Origin: Clostridia bacterium | Lineage (GTDB): Bacteria; Bacillota; Clostridia; UBA1212; UBA1255 | Length of the DNA stretch: 64,000 nucleotides | Assembly (NCBI GenBank): GCA_017508875.1 | Contig: JAFWQX010000066.1 | Coordinates: 1,584-65,583, forward strand | Direction of reading: 5' to 3' | Shown here: positions 7,292-17,457 of the stretch, piece after piece | Numbering within the stretch: the stretch's first letter is position 1 | Layout of the letters: every line of letters starts with the position of its first letter | Translations under genes and position numbers: made by a program | Notes under the pieces: generated by a model | What the model saw: the letters and a program-made list of their open reading frames with translations, nothing else | What the model was told of the DNA's origin: nothing | The model's database searches: none

Positions 7292-10152
7292 AGACCGCAC
7301 GCCTCGATAAAGCGGAAAAACCGTTAAGAGCGCTCCTGCTGATTGCCGCATTCATAATACCGGCGCTCACGGCATTGTCCGTATTCGCGGCGTACGGGAT
7401 GTATCCGTTCGGGGAAAAATCCGTTCTCATAATGGACATGTCCGGACAATACGTGGAATTTCTTGCCGGACTTAAGCATCTGCGTTCTCCCGCGGATATG
7501 TATTTCAACTGGGGGAAGGTGCTTGGCGGTAATTATTCGGGCGTCTTTGCGTATTACGCCTCGAGCCCGCTGTCGTTTCTGACCGTTTTCTGTCCGGACC
7601 AGTACATGGACGCCGGGCTGCTGTTCCTTACGGTGCTGAAAATAGGTCTCTGCGGGCTTACGATGGCGCTCTTCCTCACTAAATTTCTTATGCGTACGTT
7701 TAACCGTTCCGTGCGTTTCGCGCTGGGAGAGGCGTTTTCGCGCAACACTATAAGGGCGGGGATCGTGCTTCTGTTCTCAACGCTTTACGCTCTTTGCTCC
7801 TATAACTGCGTGTACTCGATGTGCGTGATGTGGCTCGACGGCGTGATAATGCTGCCGCTCATACTGTACTTTACGGAGGTACTGATCGACCGCGGAAAAA
7901 TCGCGGGACTCGTTGCCTGCTTCACGTATATTTTTATTGCGAACTATTACGTCGCGTTCATGTGCGGCGTGTTTACGGTGATATATTACGTATTTTACTG
8001 CATTGACCGCAGAAAAACCGACGCGGAACTGGCGCTGGACAAAAGTACGGCCGTACGGTTCCACGCAAACCGCTTCCTGAAATTCGCGCTTTCGGCAATA
8101 CTTGCCGCATGTCTCGCTGCCTTCATCCTGCTTCCCGCATTCTTCTCGCTGTTCGAAGGAAAAATCGGCGGCGCAAACAGCTCGTACCCGTCCGACTGGA
8201 ATTATTCTTTTACCCAATTCATCCGCAAACTGTTCATAGGCGAGTACGACGCCATTACCAACAGCGGTGCGCCTTTCTTCTACGGAGGCGCTGCGGTGCT
8301 GCTCGCAGTCCCGCTTTTCTTCATGAACCGGAGGATAAAGGTCCGAACACGTATTTCGGCAGCCGCTATACTCGCGTTCCTGCTCTTTTCTACAGCGCTT
8401 TCTCCGTTGGACAATATGTGGCACATTTTCCAGCATCCGAACTGGTTCCCGTACCGCTGGTCGTTCATTCTCACGTTTTTTGCAGTATTCATCGCTTTCC
8501 GCGCCGTGCTTGCGTTTCGCTTCGAGAGTCCGGGGGCAATACTTTTTTCGTCTTGCTTGATCGGTGCGCTTTGTCACGCGGCGGTCAATATGTCTGAGGA
8601 TAAACCTGGCGCTGATCACGTTTACAGACAATTTGCGCTGGCCCTGATCTTCGCCGCACTGATCATCGCATTGTCGCTGCTGATGAAATTTTTCCGGCTG
8701 AAAAAGCGAAACACTTACGCGCTTAAGACCGCGGCAGGATTATTCTGTGCGCTTGCATTGTCCGTGACCGTAATTGTCACGGCAGTCAGGGAGGAAACGT
8801 ACCACTGGAAGCCGCTGCTCGAAGGACTTGACCGCGCGCACCACTACGAGACCGCCGAATCATATATAACGTACAAAGAAGAAATGTCGGAGGCGCTCGG
8901 GATCGTTGACAAAGACAGAAACGCGCTCGGACTTTCGAAGTATTCCGGCATAAGTCAGAACTTCTCGCGCAGCTACAACGAAGCTGTCGGGTTCGGGTAC
9001 AGGTCGGTCGCTCACTACAGTTCCGCGTTTAACAGGAGCGTCAATGATTTTCTCGGGAAATTAGGCTATTCCTGCGCTTATCTCTGGAACCTCGATTTCG
9101 GGGCAACGGCAGTGACGGACAGTATTTTCGGCCTTAAATATTATCTGAGCGGGAACGGTATCCTCGCGTGGGACGCGGAAGAACTTGTTGAAAGAGGCAG
9201 TCCGGCGCTCCCGTACGAATACGAAAAAATCGGAAGCGTTGACGGCGCGTTCGGAATAGATATCTACAGAAATCCGTACGCCGCTGACGGACCGTTCCTG
9301 CTGGGAGCCGATCCGTCCGGTTTCAGCCTTACGAACAATTATTTTGAAAACCAGAACGCGCTTATCAAACTCTGTTCGGGCCTTGAAGGAGACGTCTTCA
9401 AGCCGCTCGACAGGGGATACGTTACACTCACGCTTCCGGCGCTTCTCACCGGAAATAACGGCGAGGACGGTAATTACAGAGGCAGCGGCGCCGAACTTGA
9501 ATACACCGTGATATTGCCCGAAGGCGGGGTCCTTTACGCATTCTTCAAAGATTACGGGCACGAAGGTAATCCCAGTCTGAAGCTGCGCTCGGATGAGACG
9601 GATATAGATCCGATCAGGCTTTTCCGCGGAGAGACCAGCTGCATCCAGCGCCTCGGAAGTGCGCGCCCGGGCGGAGGCGTAGCGTTTACGATCGAGATAG
9701 CCAGATCGCTTAATACCAACGGCTTTATGTTTTACGTGCTGGATGAAGATATGCTTAAACAGCACATGGATGCCATCAAGGCGGCATCTCTTAACATAAC
9801 AAAGTTCGGGACGGGATATATTAAAGGGTCGTTCACGGACGGGAGCGCGGCTGCGAACGGCGGGTATCTGCTGCTTCCGGCAGCGTACGATCAGGGCTGG
9901 ACGGTAAAGGCAGACGGCGGGAAAGTTTCGACAAGTTCGCTCGATGGCGGATTGCTGGTCGCAAAGATCCCCGCCGGGACAAAAAACGTGGAGCTCAGGT
10001 ACAGGGCTAAGGGGCAGGTCGCAGGTACGTTGCTGTCAATATCCGCATTCGTTTTCTGCGCGTCTGCCATTGCCGCGACGCTGATCAAAAAACGCCGTAA
10101 GCGCCTGGACGCCGGGGCCTTAAACGATCCCGAACCGGTTGATTTTAAGTGA
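7288..10152 (+). CDS. YfhO-family polytopic membrane protein (envelope glycosylation-associated)
   Basis: 954 aa, N-terminal region MYPFGEKSVLIMDMSGQYVEFLAG characteristic of YfhO, >10 predicted TM helices followed by large extracytoplasmic C-terminal domain; RBS GGAGGAG. Confidence 0.75.
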   Translation: MKTARLDKAEKPLRALLLIAAFIIPALTALSVFAAYGMYPFGEKSVLIMDMSGQYVEFLAGLKHLRSPADMYFNWGKVLGGNYSGVFAYYASSPLSFLTVFCPDQYMDAGLLFLTVLKIGLCGLTMALFLTKFLMRTFNRSVRFALGEAFSRNTIRAGIVLLFSTLYALCSYNCVYSMCVMWLDGVIMLPLILYFTEVLIDRGKIAGLVACFTYIFIANYYVAFMCGVFTVIYYVFYCIDRRKTDAELALDKSTAVRFHANRFLKFALSAILAACLAAFILLPAFFSLFEGKIGGANSSYPSDWNYSFTQFIRKLFIGEYDAITNSGAPFFYGGAAVLLAVPLFFMNRRIKVRTRISAAAILAFLLFSTALSPLDNMWHIFQHPNWFPYRWSFILTFFAVFIAFRAVLAFRFESPGAILFSSCLIGALCHAAVNMSEDKPGADHVYRQFALALIFAALIIALSLLMKFFRLKKRNTYALKTAAGLFCALALSVTVIVTAVREETYHWKPLLEGLDRAHHYETAESYITYKEEMSEALGIVDKDRNALGLSKYSGISQNFSRSYNEAVGFGYRSVAHYSSAFNRSVNDFLGKLGYSCAYLWNLDFGATAVTDSIFGLKYYLSGNGILAWDAEELVERGSPALPYEYEKIGSVDGAFGIDIYRNPYAADGPFLLGADPSGFSLTNNYFENQNALIKLCSGLEGDVFKPLDRGYVTLTLPALLTGNNGEDGNYRGSGAELEYTVILPEGGVLYAFFKDYGHEGNPSLKLRSDETDIDPIRLFRGETSCIQRLGSARPGGGVAFTIEIARSLNTNGFMFYVLDEDMLKQHMDAIKAASLNITKFGTGYIKGSFTDGSAAANGGYLLLPAAYDQGWTVKADGGKVSTSSLDGGLLVAKIPAGTKNVELRYRAKGQVAGTLLSISAFVFCASAIAATLIKKRRKRLDAGALNDPEPVDFK

Positions 10153-10237
10153 ATAATGTGCGAAAATAAGGGCGGAGATAATTGACACCTGGAACGCGTC
10201 CGGGAACGCATAAATATATGCGGGAGGGTTATAAAAT

Positions 10238-10834
10238 ATGGACAGATTTGCGGAGCAGCTGAACTTCCTGAAAGAGATCGACCGTATGAAAACGGTATAC
10301 AGGCGGAACGTCGTCATTGATAAGTCGCGTCAGGAGGACGATGCTTCGCATTCCTGGCATATGGCGATGTTCGCGTGCGTGCTGAAAGAATATGCCCCGG
10401 AAGGCACGGATCTATTGACCGTCATAAAAATGTGCCTTGTACACGATCTGGTGGAGGTATACGCCGGCGACACGTTCTGCTACGATGCGGAAGGTAATAA
10501 GGACAAGGCGGAGCGCGAGAGGATTGCCGCGGACAAGCTTTTTGCGCTGCTTCCGGGCGATGACGGGAAAGAATTCAGGGCGCTGTGGGAGGAATTTGAC
10601 GATCCGTCAACGAAAGAGGGCTGGTTTGCTGCGGCGCTCGACCGCCTGCAGCCTTTTTTGCTTAACTACCACACCGGCGGGCACACGTGGCACCTTGCGA
10701 AGGTGACGCGGGAGGACCTGCTGAACCGCCTCGCGCCGATCAAAAACGGGATGCCTGATAAATGGGACAAGGTCGTGGAAATGGTTGACGATGCTATCGC
10801 GAGGGGCATGGTGCCGTGGGCGAGGGAGTTATGA
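10238..10834 (+). CDS. HD-domain 5'-deoxynucleotidase (YfbR-like)
   Basis: HSWHMAMFACVL...VHDLVEVYAGD (H...HD...D metal-binding pattern of HD superfamily), ~200 aa. Confidence 0.8.
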   Translation: MDRFAEQLNFLKEIDRMKTVYRRNVVIDKSRQEDDASHSWHMAMFACVLKEYAPEGTDLLTVIKMCLVHDLVEVYAGDTFCYDAEGNKDKAERERIAADKLFALLPGDDGKEFRALWEEFDDPSTKEGWFAAALDRLQPFLLNYHTGGHTWHLAKVTREDLLNRLAPIKNGMPDKWDKVVEMVDDAIARGMVPWAREL

Positions 10835-11070
10835 GTTCAGAATTCAGAGTTAAGAGTTAAGAGGCGAACCGAGTGATGGCACGAATTTTGGGTCTCATGC
10901 GATCCCTTCATTAATTCGCATTTCGGTCAAACAAAATTCTTAGCCATTCACTCGGCTTCGCAGAAGTTCAAATGAAGTTTAGGAAGTTAAGAGTTATGAG
11001 TTCAGAGTTATGAGTTAAGAGTTAAGAGTTATGAGTTCAGAGTTAAGAGTCATTCACTCGGCTTCGCTGG
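10826..11070. repeat. MITE-like intergenic repeat element (copy A): ~105-bp core with terminal inverted repeats, flanked on both sides by GAGTTMA heptamer microsatellites
   Basis: Core gaggcgaaccgagtgatggc...gccattcactcggcttcgc nearly identical to 44727-44830; heptamers gagttca/gagttaa/gagttat x4 and x9. Confidence 0.65.
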
Positions 11071-11124
11071 CGAAAAATAAGGAAGTCAAAGAAACCTTAA
11101 ATCAATGGAAGATGGAGATTGGAT

Positions 11125-11868
11125 ATGAATAATTACAGGAAGCTTTCAGTTGTTTTATGTGCGATTTTAGCATTTGTGCTTGCAGCGGGAATGCTTGCGG
11201 GCTGCAGTGTTGGTGAAAAAGCTGATCAGGGCGGCGTTGTGACTGAGGCTCCGGTGACGGAGGCTGCAACTGATATTCCGACGGCTGCACCGACTGAAAA
11301 ACCGACACCTACGCCTGATCCGACACCCACGCCTGAGCCTACTGAGAAGCCGGATTATTCAGGCGGGATCGTAAAAGAAGCCCCCGTGAGCTACTCGTTC
11401 TTCGGCAGAAAGAATCAGGACGCGCTTTGCGGGACCGGGCGCAGGATTGCCGTGCAATTTTATGCCACGACCGAGTTTGTCGAGCTGGGATTCCATTCTC
11501 CGACCTGGACTGCCAAGAGCGGATACACAGTTGATTATGAATTGTACGCGTGGGATAAGGACTACGAAACAACAGTTTTTGACCGAGAACCGGTTCTGAC
11601 GGGCCATTTTGAAAACTGGCAGGACGGCGTGTTCGTAGGTCTGAAAACAGAAGGATTGCCCGCGGGAGAATACGTGCTGCTTGCTCTTTACGGCTCTAAT
11701 GAAGAGATGCATAACAGCGGCGTATGGTACGACACAGACGTAGAAAGAGAAGACCAGATCTCATACGTTGACGACGAAATCTGGTTCGATCACGCCGTCT
11801 GGTTCGAGATCAAATACGCCAAAACGCCCAAAAATCTTTACGGACCGCTTTCGGATCCGGGCTTCTGA
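11125..11868 (+). CDS. Lipoprotein with Pro/Thr-rich linker and uncharacterized C-terminal domain
   Basis: Signal peptide with lipobox LAGC; PTEKPTPTPDPTPTPEPTEKP linker; RBS GGAG 7 nt upstream of ATG. Confidence 0.6.
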   Translation: MNNYRKLSVVLCAILAFVLAAGMLAGCSVGEKADQGGVVTEAPVTEAATDIPTAAPTEKPTPTPDPTPTPEPTEKPDYSGGIVKEAPVSYSFFGRKNQDALCGTGRRIAVQFYATTEFVELGFHSPTWTAKSGYTVDYELYAWDKDYETTVFDREPVLTGHFENWQDGVFVGLKTEGLPAGEYVLLALYGSNEEMHNSGVWYDTDVEREDQISYVDDEIWFDHAVWFEIKYAKTPKNLYGPLSDPGF

Positions 11869-11891
11869 TCTCAGTCGGGAGGGGATAAAAA

Positions 11892-14507
11892 TTGTTGAAC
11901 GTGATCAGGCATAACGCGTGCCGGAATAAAAGCGCAAACTCAAATTTGTTAAAGAATATTTGCAGAATTATTTGCATGATCCTGTGTGCGTTTCTATGCT
12001 CCGGGCTCGTGCTGTTCGGGGGGACAATATCTATGGCAGCTTCTTATGAGACCGCTCTTTATGACAGCAGCGTTCCGTCCGATTCGTATCAGCAGCTTAA
12101 GCTGACGGACAATGACGTTGCGGTACAGTTCGGCGTTACCGGTCCTGTTAAATCAATCAGCATATTTATTGCAAAGGCTACGGCGGTAACGAGAGGTTCC
12201 GTTAAGGTGAGGCTTTTTCCGTGGGGCGGCAGCTACGGCGGAACGCTGAAAGGCACGCCTGTATTCGAAACTGAATTCACGGAATTGCGCAGCGGCATCA
12301 CTTTGGATGTTGAGCTGCCGTCAGGCGCGGCTGCGGGCGAGTATCTGCTCTTTATGACAGGTGTTAAGGGCAATACTCATATAGGTGTTACGGGCATGCC
12401 GGACGCCTGCAAAGAAAAAGTAAGACTGTACTACAACGGGTCGCAGGTCGTTGACCGCAGCGCCGCCGTCGGTATCACGTTCGAAGGGGAAACCGGAGAA
12501 CTTGCCGCCATTTCGGAAAATACGCCTAAATTTGTCACATCCTCCTCTACGTGGGTCGTGACGGACGGATTGGGCAGAAAAGTTGAAAACAGCTACACCG
12601 ATACGCGGCGCGAGAATAAGACTGTAGGTCTGTTTTTCCATACCTGGCATACGAGCAACGGCGCAACGGGTACGCGTAATATCACGCACATCCTGAAAGA
12701 GCACCCGGAGATACAGAACGATTACAGCAGCCCTCTATGGGGGAATGCCGGGGCTTATTTCTGGAACGAGCCGATCTGGGGCTACTACCGTTCGAACGAC
12801 GAATGGGTGCTGAGGAAGCAGGCGGAACTGCTTGCCGACGCGGGCGTGGACGCCGTGTTCTTTGACAATACGAACGGTACGGCGACGTTTATTGACGACG
12901 CGCTTACTCTTTGCAAGGTGTGGTCGAAAGCCCGCGCAGACGGCGTTAAGACACCGCAGATCTCATTTATGCTGCCCATGTTCAATTATGACGACGTGGC
13001 GGTCCAGTTAAGGGAGATCTACACGAAATTGTACGGAGCGGGGCTTTATCAGGATCTGTGGTTCTACTGGAAAGGAAAGCCGCTGATCGTGGGTTATCCC
13101 GGCAGATTGAACGTTGTGAAAAATCCGCTGGACAAGGAAATATCTGAATTCTTCAATTTCCGCGTGATCAATCACGCTCAGTCGCAGGATCATATCCAGG
13201 TCCAGGCAGAAGACGGTACGCCGGTGGTAATGGGTGCGATACAGTCGGAGGTAACGGACAGCTACCAGCTCTGGAACTGGATATCCACATACCCGCAGCT
13301 TATTAACCGCAACCCTGACGGCAGCCCCGAGCAGGTGGCTGTGGCGATCGCGCATAACTGGTGCGCGGAAACGCATCTGACCGCCATGAACAACCCGAAA
13401 TTCCAGGTGTTCGGAAGACATTACGACCCGGTAAAAGGCAAAGTTGACAGCCGCGAAAACGCGAAGCTGTACGGCGCCTATTTCAGCGCACAATGGGAGT
13501 ACGCACTGAATATTGACCCCGAATTTATCTGGGTCACCGGCTGGAACGAATGGGTCGCGGGGCGGTTCAAGGACTTCTGGGGCGTTGAGAACGCTTTCCC
13601 GGACAATTTCAGCGACGAATACAGCCGCGATATCGAGCCCTCAAGGGGAGATCTGAAGGACCATTACTATTATCTGCTCGTGGATTTCATACGCAGATAT
13701 AAAGGTGTTGAACCCGCTAAAGTGTCGGACGTACCGGTGTCGATCGATATCAATACCGGCGCGGGCTGGGAGAGCGTTGAAAATGTGTACGAGACGTACG
13801 CGGGCGATACTGAAGACCGGAATACAAAAGGGTACGTTAACTTCGATACGGGCAAACAGTTCGAATACGTTAACACCACCGGCCGCAACGATATTGTCCT
13901 CGCGAAAGCCGCATATGACAGCGACAACGTGTATTTTATGGCGGAAACGGCGAAAGACCTTACCCCTTATACCGATCCTTCGTGGATGAGGCTGCTGCTG
14001 GAAGTAGAAGAAACCGGAGGCAGAAAATTGTCCGACGGTACCCCGAACTGGGAGAGCTTTCAGTATATTATCGGGCGCGAGGCAGGCACGGACGGATCCG
14101 TCAGGACTATCGAGCGTTCGACCGGAGGCTGGAACTGGGAGAAGATCGGGGACGTCAATTTCAGCGTCAATGCGAATCGCATCCAGATCGCTGTGCCGAG
14201 AACGCTTCTCGGGATCGGCGAAGGAGACAGTTTCGTACTTAATTTCAAGTGGTCGGACAATATGCAGGTCGACGGCGATATACTTGATTTCTACGTGAAC
14301 GGAGACGTTGCCCCTGAAGGCAGATTCAAGTATCAGCTCGCGGCCGGGACCGTGCCGGAGAGGGAAAGCGCTAAGCAGGAGACCAAAAAAGATCCGGTGC
14401 CGTGGATCGTTGCCGGGGCGGCGGTAGTGGCCGCAGGCGCTGCAGTGACCGCGGCTGCCGTCATAGGAAAGAAAAATAAAGAGAAAGAAGGCAAAACGGA
14501 GCAGTAA
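11892..14507 (+). CDS. Secreted putative glycoside-hydrolase-like (TIM-barrel) protein with C-terminal membrane anchor
   Basis: Strong RBS GGGAGGGG before TTG start; signal peptide; region GLFFHTWH...WGYYRSNDEWVLRKQAELLADAGVDAVFFDNTNG resembles glycosidase catalytic modules; C-terminal hydrophobic segment PWIVAGAAVVAAGAAVTAAAVIGKKNKEK; family not assignable by eye. Confidence 0.45.
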   Translation: MLNVIRHNACRNKSANSNLLKNICRIICMILCAFLCSGLVLFGGTISMAASYETALYDSSVPSDSYQQLKLTDNDVAVQFGVTGPVKSISIFIAKATAVTRGSVKVRLFPWGGSYGGTLKGTPVFETEFTELRSGITLDVELPSGAAAGEYLLFMTGVKGNTHIGVTGMPDACKEKVRLYYNGSQVVDRSAAVGITFEGETGELAAISENTPKFVTSSSTWVVTDGLGRKVENSYTDTRRENKTVGLFFHTWHTSNGATGTRNITHILKEHPEIQNDYSSPLWGNAGAYFWNEPIWGYYRSNDEWVLRKQAELLADAGVDAVFFDNTNGTATFIDDALTLCKVWSKARADGVKTPQISFMLPMFNYDDVAVQLREIYTKLYGAGLYQDLWFYWKGKPLIVGYPGRLNVVKNPLDKEISEFFNFRVINHAQSQDHIQVQAEDGTPVVMGAIQSEVTDSYQLWNWISTYPQLINRNPDGSPEQVAVAIAHNWCAETHLTAMNNPKFQVFGRHYDPVKGKVDSRENAKLYGAYFSAQWEYALNIDPEFIWVTGWNEWVAGRFKDFWGVENAFPDNFSDEYSRDIEPSRGDLKDHYYYLLVDFIRRYKGVEPAKVSDVPVSIDINTGAGWESVENVYETYAGDTEDRNTKGYVNFDTGKQFEYVNTTGRNDIVLAKAAYDSDNVYFMAETAKDLTPYTDPSWMRLLLEVEETGGRKLSDGTPNWESFQYIIGREAGTDGSVRTIERSTGGWNWEKIGDVNFSVNANRIQIAVPRTLLGIGEGDSFVLNFKWSDNMQVDGDILDFYVNGDVAPEGRFKYQLAAGTVPERESAKQETKKDPVPWIVAGAAVVAAGAAVTAAAVIGKKNKEKEGKTEQ

Positions 14508-14543
14508 TCATCCGGAATTAATTGCCGAAGCAGGAGTTTTCAT

Positions 14544-15407
14544 ATGATCAGGATCGTTGAACTCGATACAATAGCAAAAGTGATGGAACTGATAGAAGAT
14601 CAGAAATATAACAGTTCTATTCACCGCATGCGCTCAACGTACTTTTACAGGGGGCTGCCGGACGCCGGGTTCAGACTTACGACGAGCCTGCGCATGAACT
14701 GCAAACATCTTTACGGCGACCTCGAGCCCGCGGTCTTAAAGGCATTTACAAAATATGCCCGCATCGAAGATCCCGAGCTGAGCGGTTCAATATGGCGGCA
14801 GATGATAATAGGGCAGCATCACGGCCTTCCGACAAGGCTTATGGACTGGACGCGCTCTCCGCTCACTGCGCTGCATTTTGCGAGCACAGAGACCAATTTT
14901 GATAAAATGGATACGCGCGACAGTGTTGTGTGGCGGATAGATATGAGCGACGTCAATAAAAATCTGCCGCAGAGATATATTGACGTCCTCGAGCGCAACC
15001 ACGCGTTCGTGTTCTCGGTAGAATCGCTCGACGAACTCGTTGACAACCTCTCCGAATACGACGAGGATATGGGCGGGAACGCATTTGTCAGCATCGAACC
15101 GCCGTCCGTTGACCAGCGCATAATCAACCAGTATTCGTTTTTCTCGATCATTCCCAACGGCATGACCGACATCGAGGGCTTCCTTTCAGGATGTACACAA
15201 AACACCGTAAAGTATATAATAAAAAAAGAGATCCGCTGGGACGTGCGCGACCTTCTGGATCAGCTTAACATAAACGAGAGGATCCTGTATCCGGGCCTCG
15301 ACGGACTCTCGAAATCGATCGCCCGGCATTACTTTGTAAAACGTGAACTTGTAAAAGAAGCGGGCTTCGATCCCGATGCATTCGTTGGCCACGGCAGGCC
15401 GGAGTAA
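14544..15407 (+). CDS. FRG-domain protein
   Basis: FYRGLPDAGFRLTTSL and GQHHGLPTRLMDWTRSPLTALHFAS match the two conserved FRG blocks. Confidence 0.7.
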   Translation: MIRIVELDTIAKVMELIEDQKYNSSIHRMRSTYFYRGLPDAGFRLTTSLRMNCKHLYGDLEPAVLKAFTKYARIEDPELSGSIWRQMIIGQHHGLPTRLMDWTRSPLTALHFASTETNFDKMDTRDSVVWRIDMSDVNKNLPQRYIDVLERNHAFVFSVESLDELVDNLSEYDEDMGGNAFVSIEPPSVDQRIINQYSFFSIIPNGMTDIEGFLSGCTQNTVKYIIKKEIRWDVRDLLDQLNINERILYPGLDGLSKSIARHYFVKRELVKEAGFDPDAFVGHGRPE

Positions 15408-15431
15408 GTGCCATAAATTGGAGGAAACTGT

Positions 15432-16535
15432 ATGAAAGTTGTTTTGGATCATTTAACGAAAAGATTCCCTAACCGGAACAAGAAGATCAAAACCGAAGTG
15501 GTGGCGGTTGACGATTTTAATTTTGAGATCCCTGACGGAAAACTTGTCGGACTGCTCGGACCGTCCGGCTGCGGAAAAAGCACTGCGCTGAATCTGATCT
15601 GCGGCCTTGAAACGCCGACTAAAGGAAAAGTTTTTTTCGGGGACGAGGACGTTACCGAATATCCGCCGGAGCGCCGCGGAGTGGGTATGGTCTTCCAGAA
15701 CTACGCACTGTATCCGCATATGACCGTACGCGATAATATCATTTTCCCGCTCACCAACCTGAAAGGTAATAACAAGCTCACGAAAGAGGAAATGAACACC
15801 CGCGCTGAAAAAGCCGCGGCACTCGTACAGATCTCCGAACTTATGGAGCGCAAACCGAGCGAAATGTCCGGCGGACAGCAGCAGAGAGTTGCCATCGCCA
15901 GAGCCCTTGTGAAAACGCCCAGAGTGCTGCTGCTCGACGAACCGCTGTCAAACCTTGACGCCAGGCTGAGGCTTCAGACGCGCGAGGAAATCAGAAAGAT
16001 CCAGAAGGAAACCGGCGTCACGACCATATTCGTAACGCATGACCAGGAGGAGGCAATGAGTATCTCCGACCTCATTATCGTTATGAAGCTCGGGCGCGTG
16101 CAGCAGATCGGAGCTCCTCAGGAGGTGTACGACGAGCCGGTCAATCTTTTCGTGGCCAAGTTCCTCGGAACGCCTGCGATCAACGTCTTCTCCGGCAACG
16201 TTTCGGGCGGGAAGCTTTTTATAGGTGACAAGTGCGTTCTCGAGACCGAAGGGGCGCGCGACGGAAAAGTTTACGTCGGTATCCGGCCCGAGGGCTTCGT
16301 TCCGGATGCGGAAGGTCCGTTCGAATCTAAGCTTCTGCGAGTTGAGGTCATGGGCAGAGATATAACGGTCGTATCCGAACACGAACTTGCGGAAAATCCG
16401 ACGGTAAGATCGATCATCAGCGCCGAAAATCGCATTGACGTCACCTCCGAGACCGTCCGTTTCACATTAAAGCCAAATAAAGTATTTCTGTTTGACGCCG
16501 ATACCGAAGAGCGCGTGTTCTTCAAGACCGAATAA
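15432..16535 (+). CDS. Sugar ABC transporter ATP-binding protein (MalK/MsmX/UgpC type)
   Basis: Walker A GPSGCGKST, signature LSGGQQQRVAIARAL, Walker B LLLDEPLSNLDA, C-terminal TOBE-like regulatory domain. Confidence 0.9.
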   Translation: MKVVLDHLTKRFPNRNKKIKTEVVAVDDFNFEIPDGKLVGLLGPSGCGKSTALNLICGLETPTKGKVFFGDEDVTEYPPERRGVGMVFQNYALYPHMTVRDNIIFPLTNLKGNNKLTKEEMNTRAEKAAALVQISELMERKPSEMSGGQQQRVAIARALVKTPRVLLLDEPLSNLDARLRLQTREEIRKIQKETGVTTIFVTHDQEEAMSISDLIIVMKLGRVQQIGAPQEVYDEPVNLFVAKFLGTPAINVFSGNVSGGKLFIGDKCVLETEGARDGKVYVGIRPEGFVPDAEGPFESKLLRVEVMGRDITVVSEHELAENPTVRSIISAENRIDVTSETVRFTLKPNKVFLFDADTEERVFFKTE

Positions 16536-16554
16536 TTATCCGGGAGTAAAGCAT

Positions 16555-17445
16555 ATGAAAAAAAGCGGATTTAAAGCATGGCTGTACCTCCTGCCCGCGT
16601 TTATCTTCCTGGCGGTATTTATGATATACCCCCTGGTGGACGTAGTCATTTATTCGCTCGAGGAGGGCTACAGCTTCACTTCACAGCAGAGCCTCGGCGT
16701 CGGTCTGTACAACTTCTCAAAAGTGCTGCGAGACCCGATGTTCCTCCAGGCCCTGAAAAACACGTTTCTGATGGTTATAATTACGGTACCGATCTCCACG
16801 GGGCTGTCGCTCCTGATCGCGTACGGACTCAGCTCTATAAAAAAGCTGCAGGAACTGTTCCAGACTATATATTTTCTGCCATACGTGACAAATACGCTCG
16901 CCGTAGGTATGGTTTTCATGATCCTGTTCAACGACACGGAACACAGCGCGGGACTGGTGAGCGCTATAATCCGGTTCTTCGGCGGCGCGGGGGTCAATTT
17001 TATTAAGGGGCCGTACTGGGCGAAGATGTTCGTGCTGTGCTTCTACACCATCTGGATCGTCATGCCGTTCAAAATACTGATATTGACCAGCGCGCTTGCT
17101 TCGGTGAATCCGAACTTTTACAAGGCGGCTAAGGTCGACGGCGCGTCAAATGCGAAGATATTCTTCAAAATCACGCTTCCGATGATCTCCCCGACGCTCT
17201 TCTATCTGATCATTACCGGATTTATCGGCGCGTTCAAAGCATACAGCGATGCGGTCGCACTGTTCGGTACGGATCTTAACGCGGAGGGAATGAATACCAT
17301 TGTGGGCTACGTTTACGATAAACTGTACGGCAGCGGAGGAGGTTACCCGTCCTACGCGAGCGCGGCGGCGCTGATACTGTTCTCGATAGTGCTCACGATC
17401 ACGGTAATAAATCTTATTATCCGCCGCAAGAAAGTAATTTATTGA
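16555..17445 (+). CDS. Carbohydrate ABC transporter permease (MalF/UgpA-like)
   Basis: 6 TM helices, EAA-like loop (AAKVDGASNAKIFFKITLP); start moved to ATG 16555 (RBS GGGAG). Confidence 0.85.
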   Translation: MKKSGFKAWLYLLPAFIFLAVFMIYPLVDVVIYSLEEGYSFTSQQSLGVGLYNFSKVLRDPMFLQALKNTFLMVIITVPISTGLSLLIAYGLSSIKKLQELFQTIYFLPYVTNTLAVGMVFMILFNDTEHSAGLVSAIIRFFGGAGVNFIKGPYWAKMFVLCFYTIWIVMPFKILILTSALASVNPNFYKAAKVDGASNAKIFFKITLPMISPTLFYLIITGFIGAFKAYSDAVALFGTDLNAEGMNTIVGYVYDKLYGSGGGYPSYASAAALILFSIVLTITVINLIIRRKKVIY

Positions 17446-17457
17446 GGGGGTGCTGCT

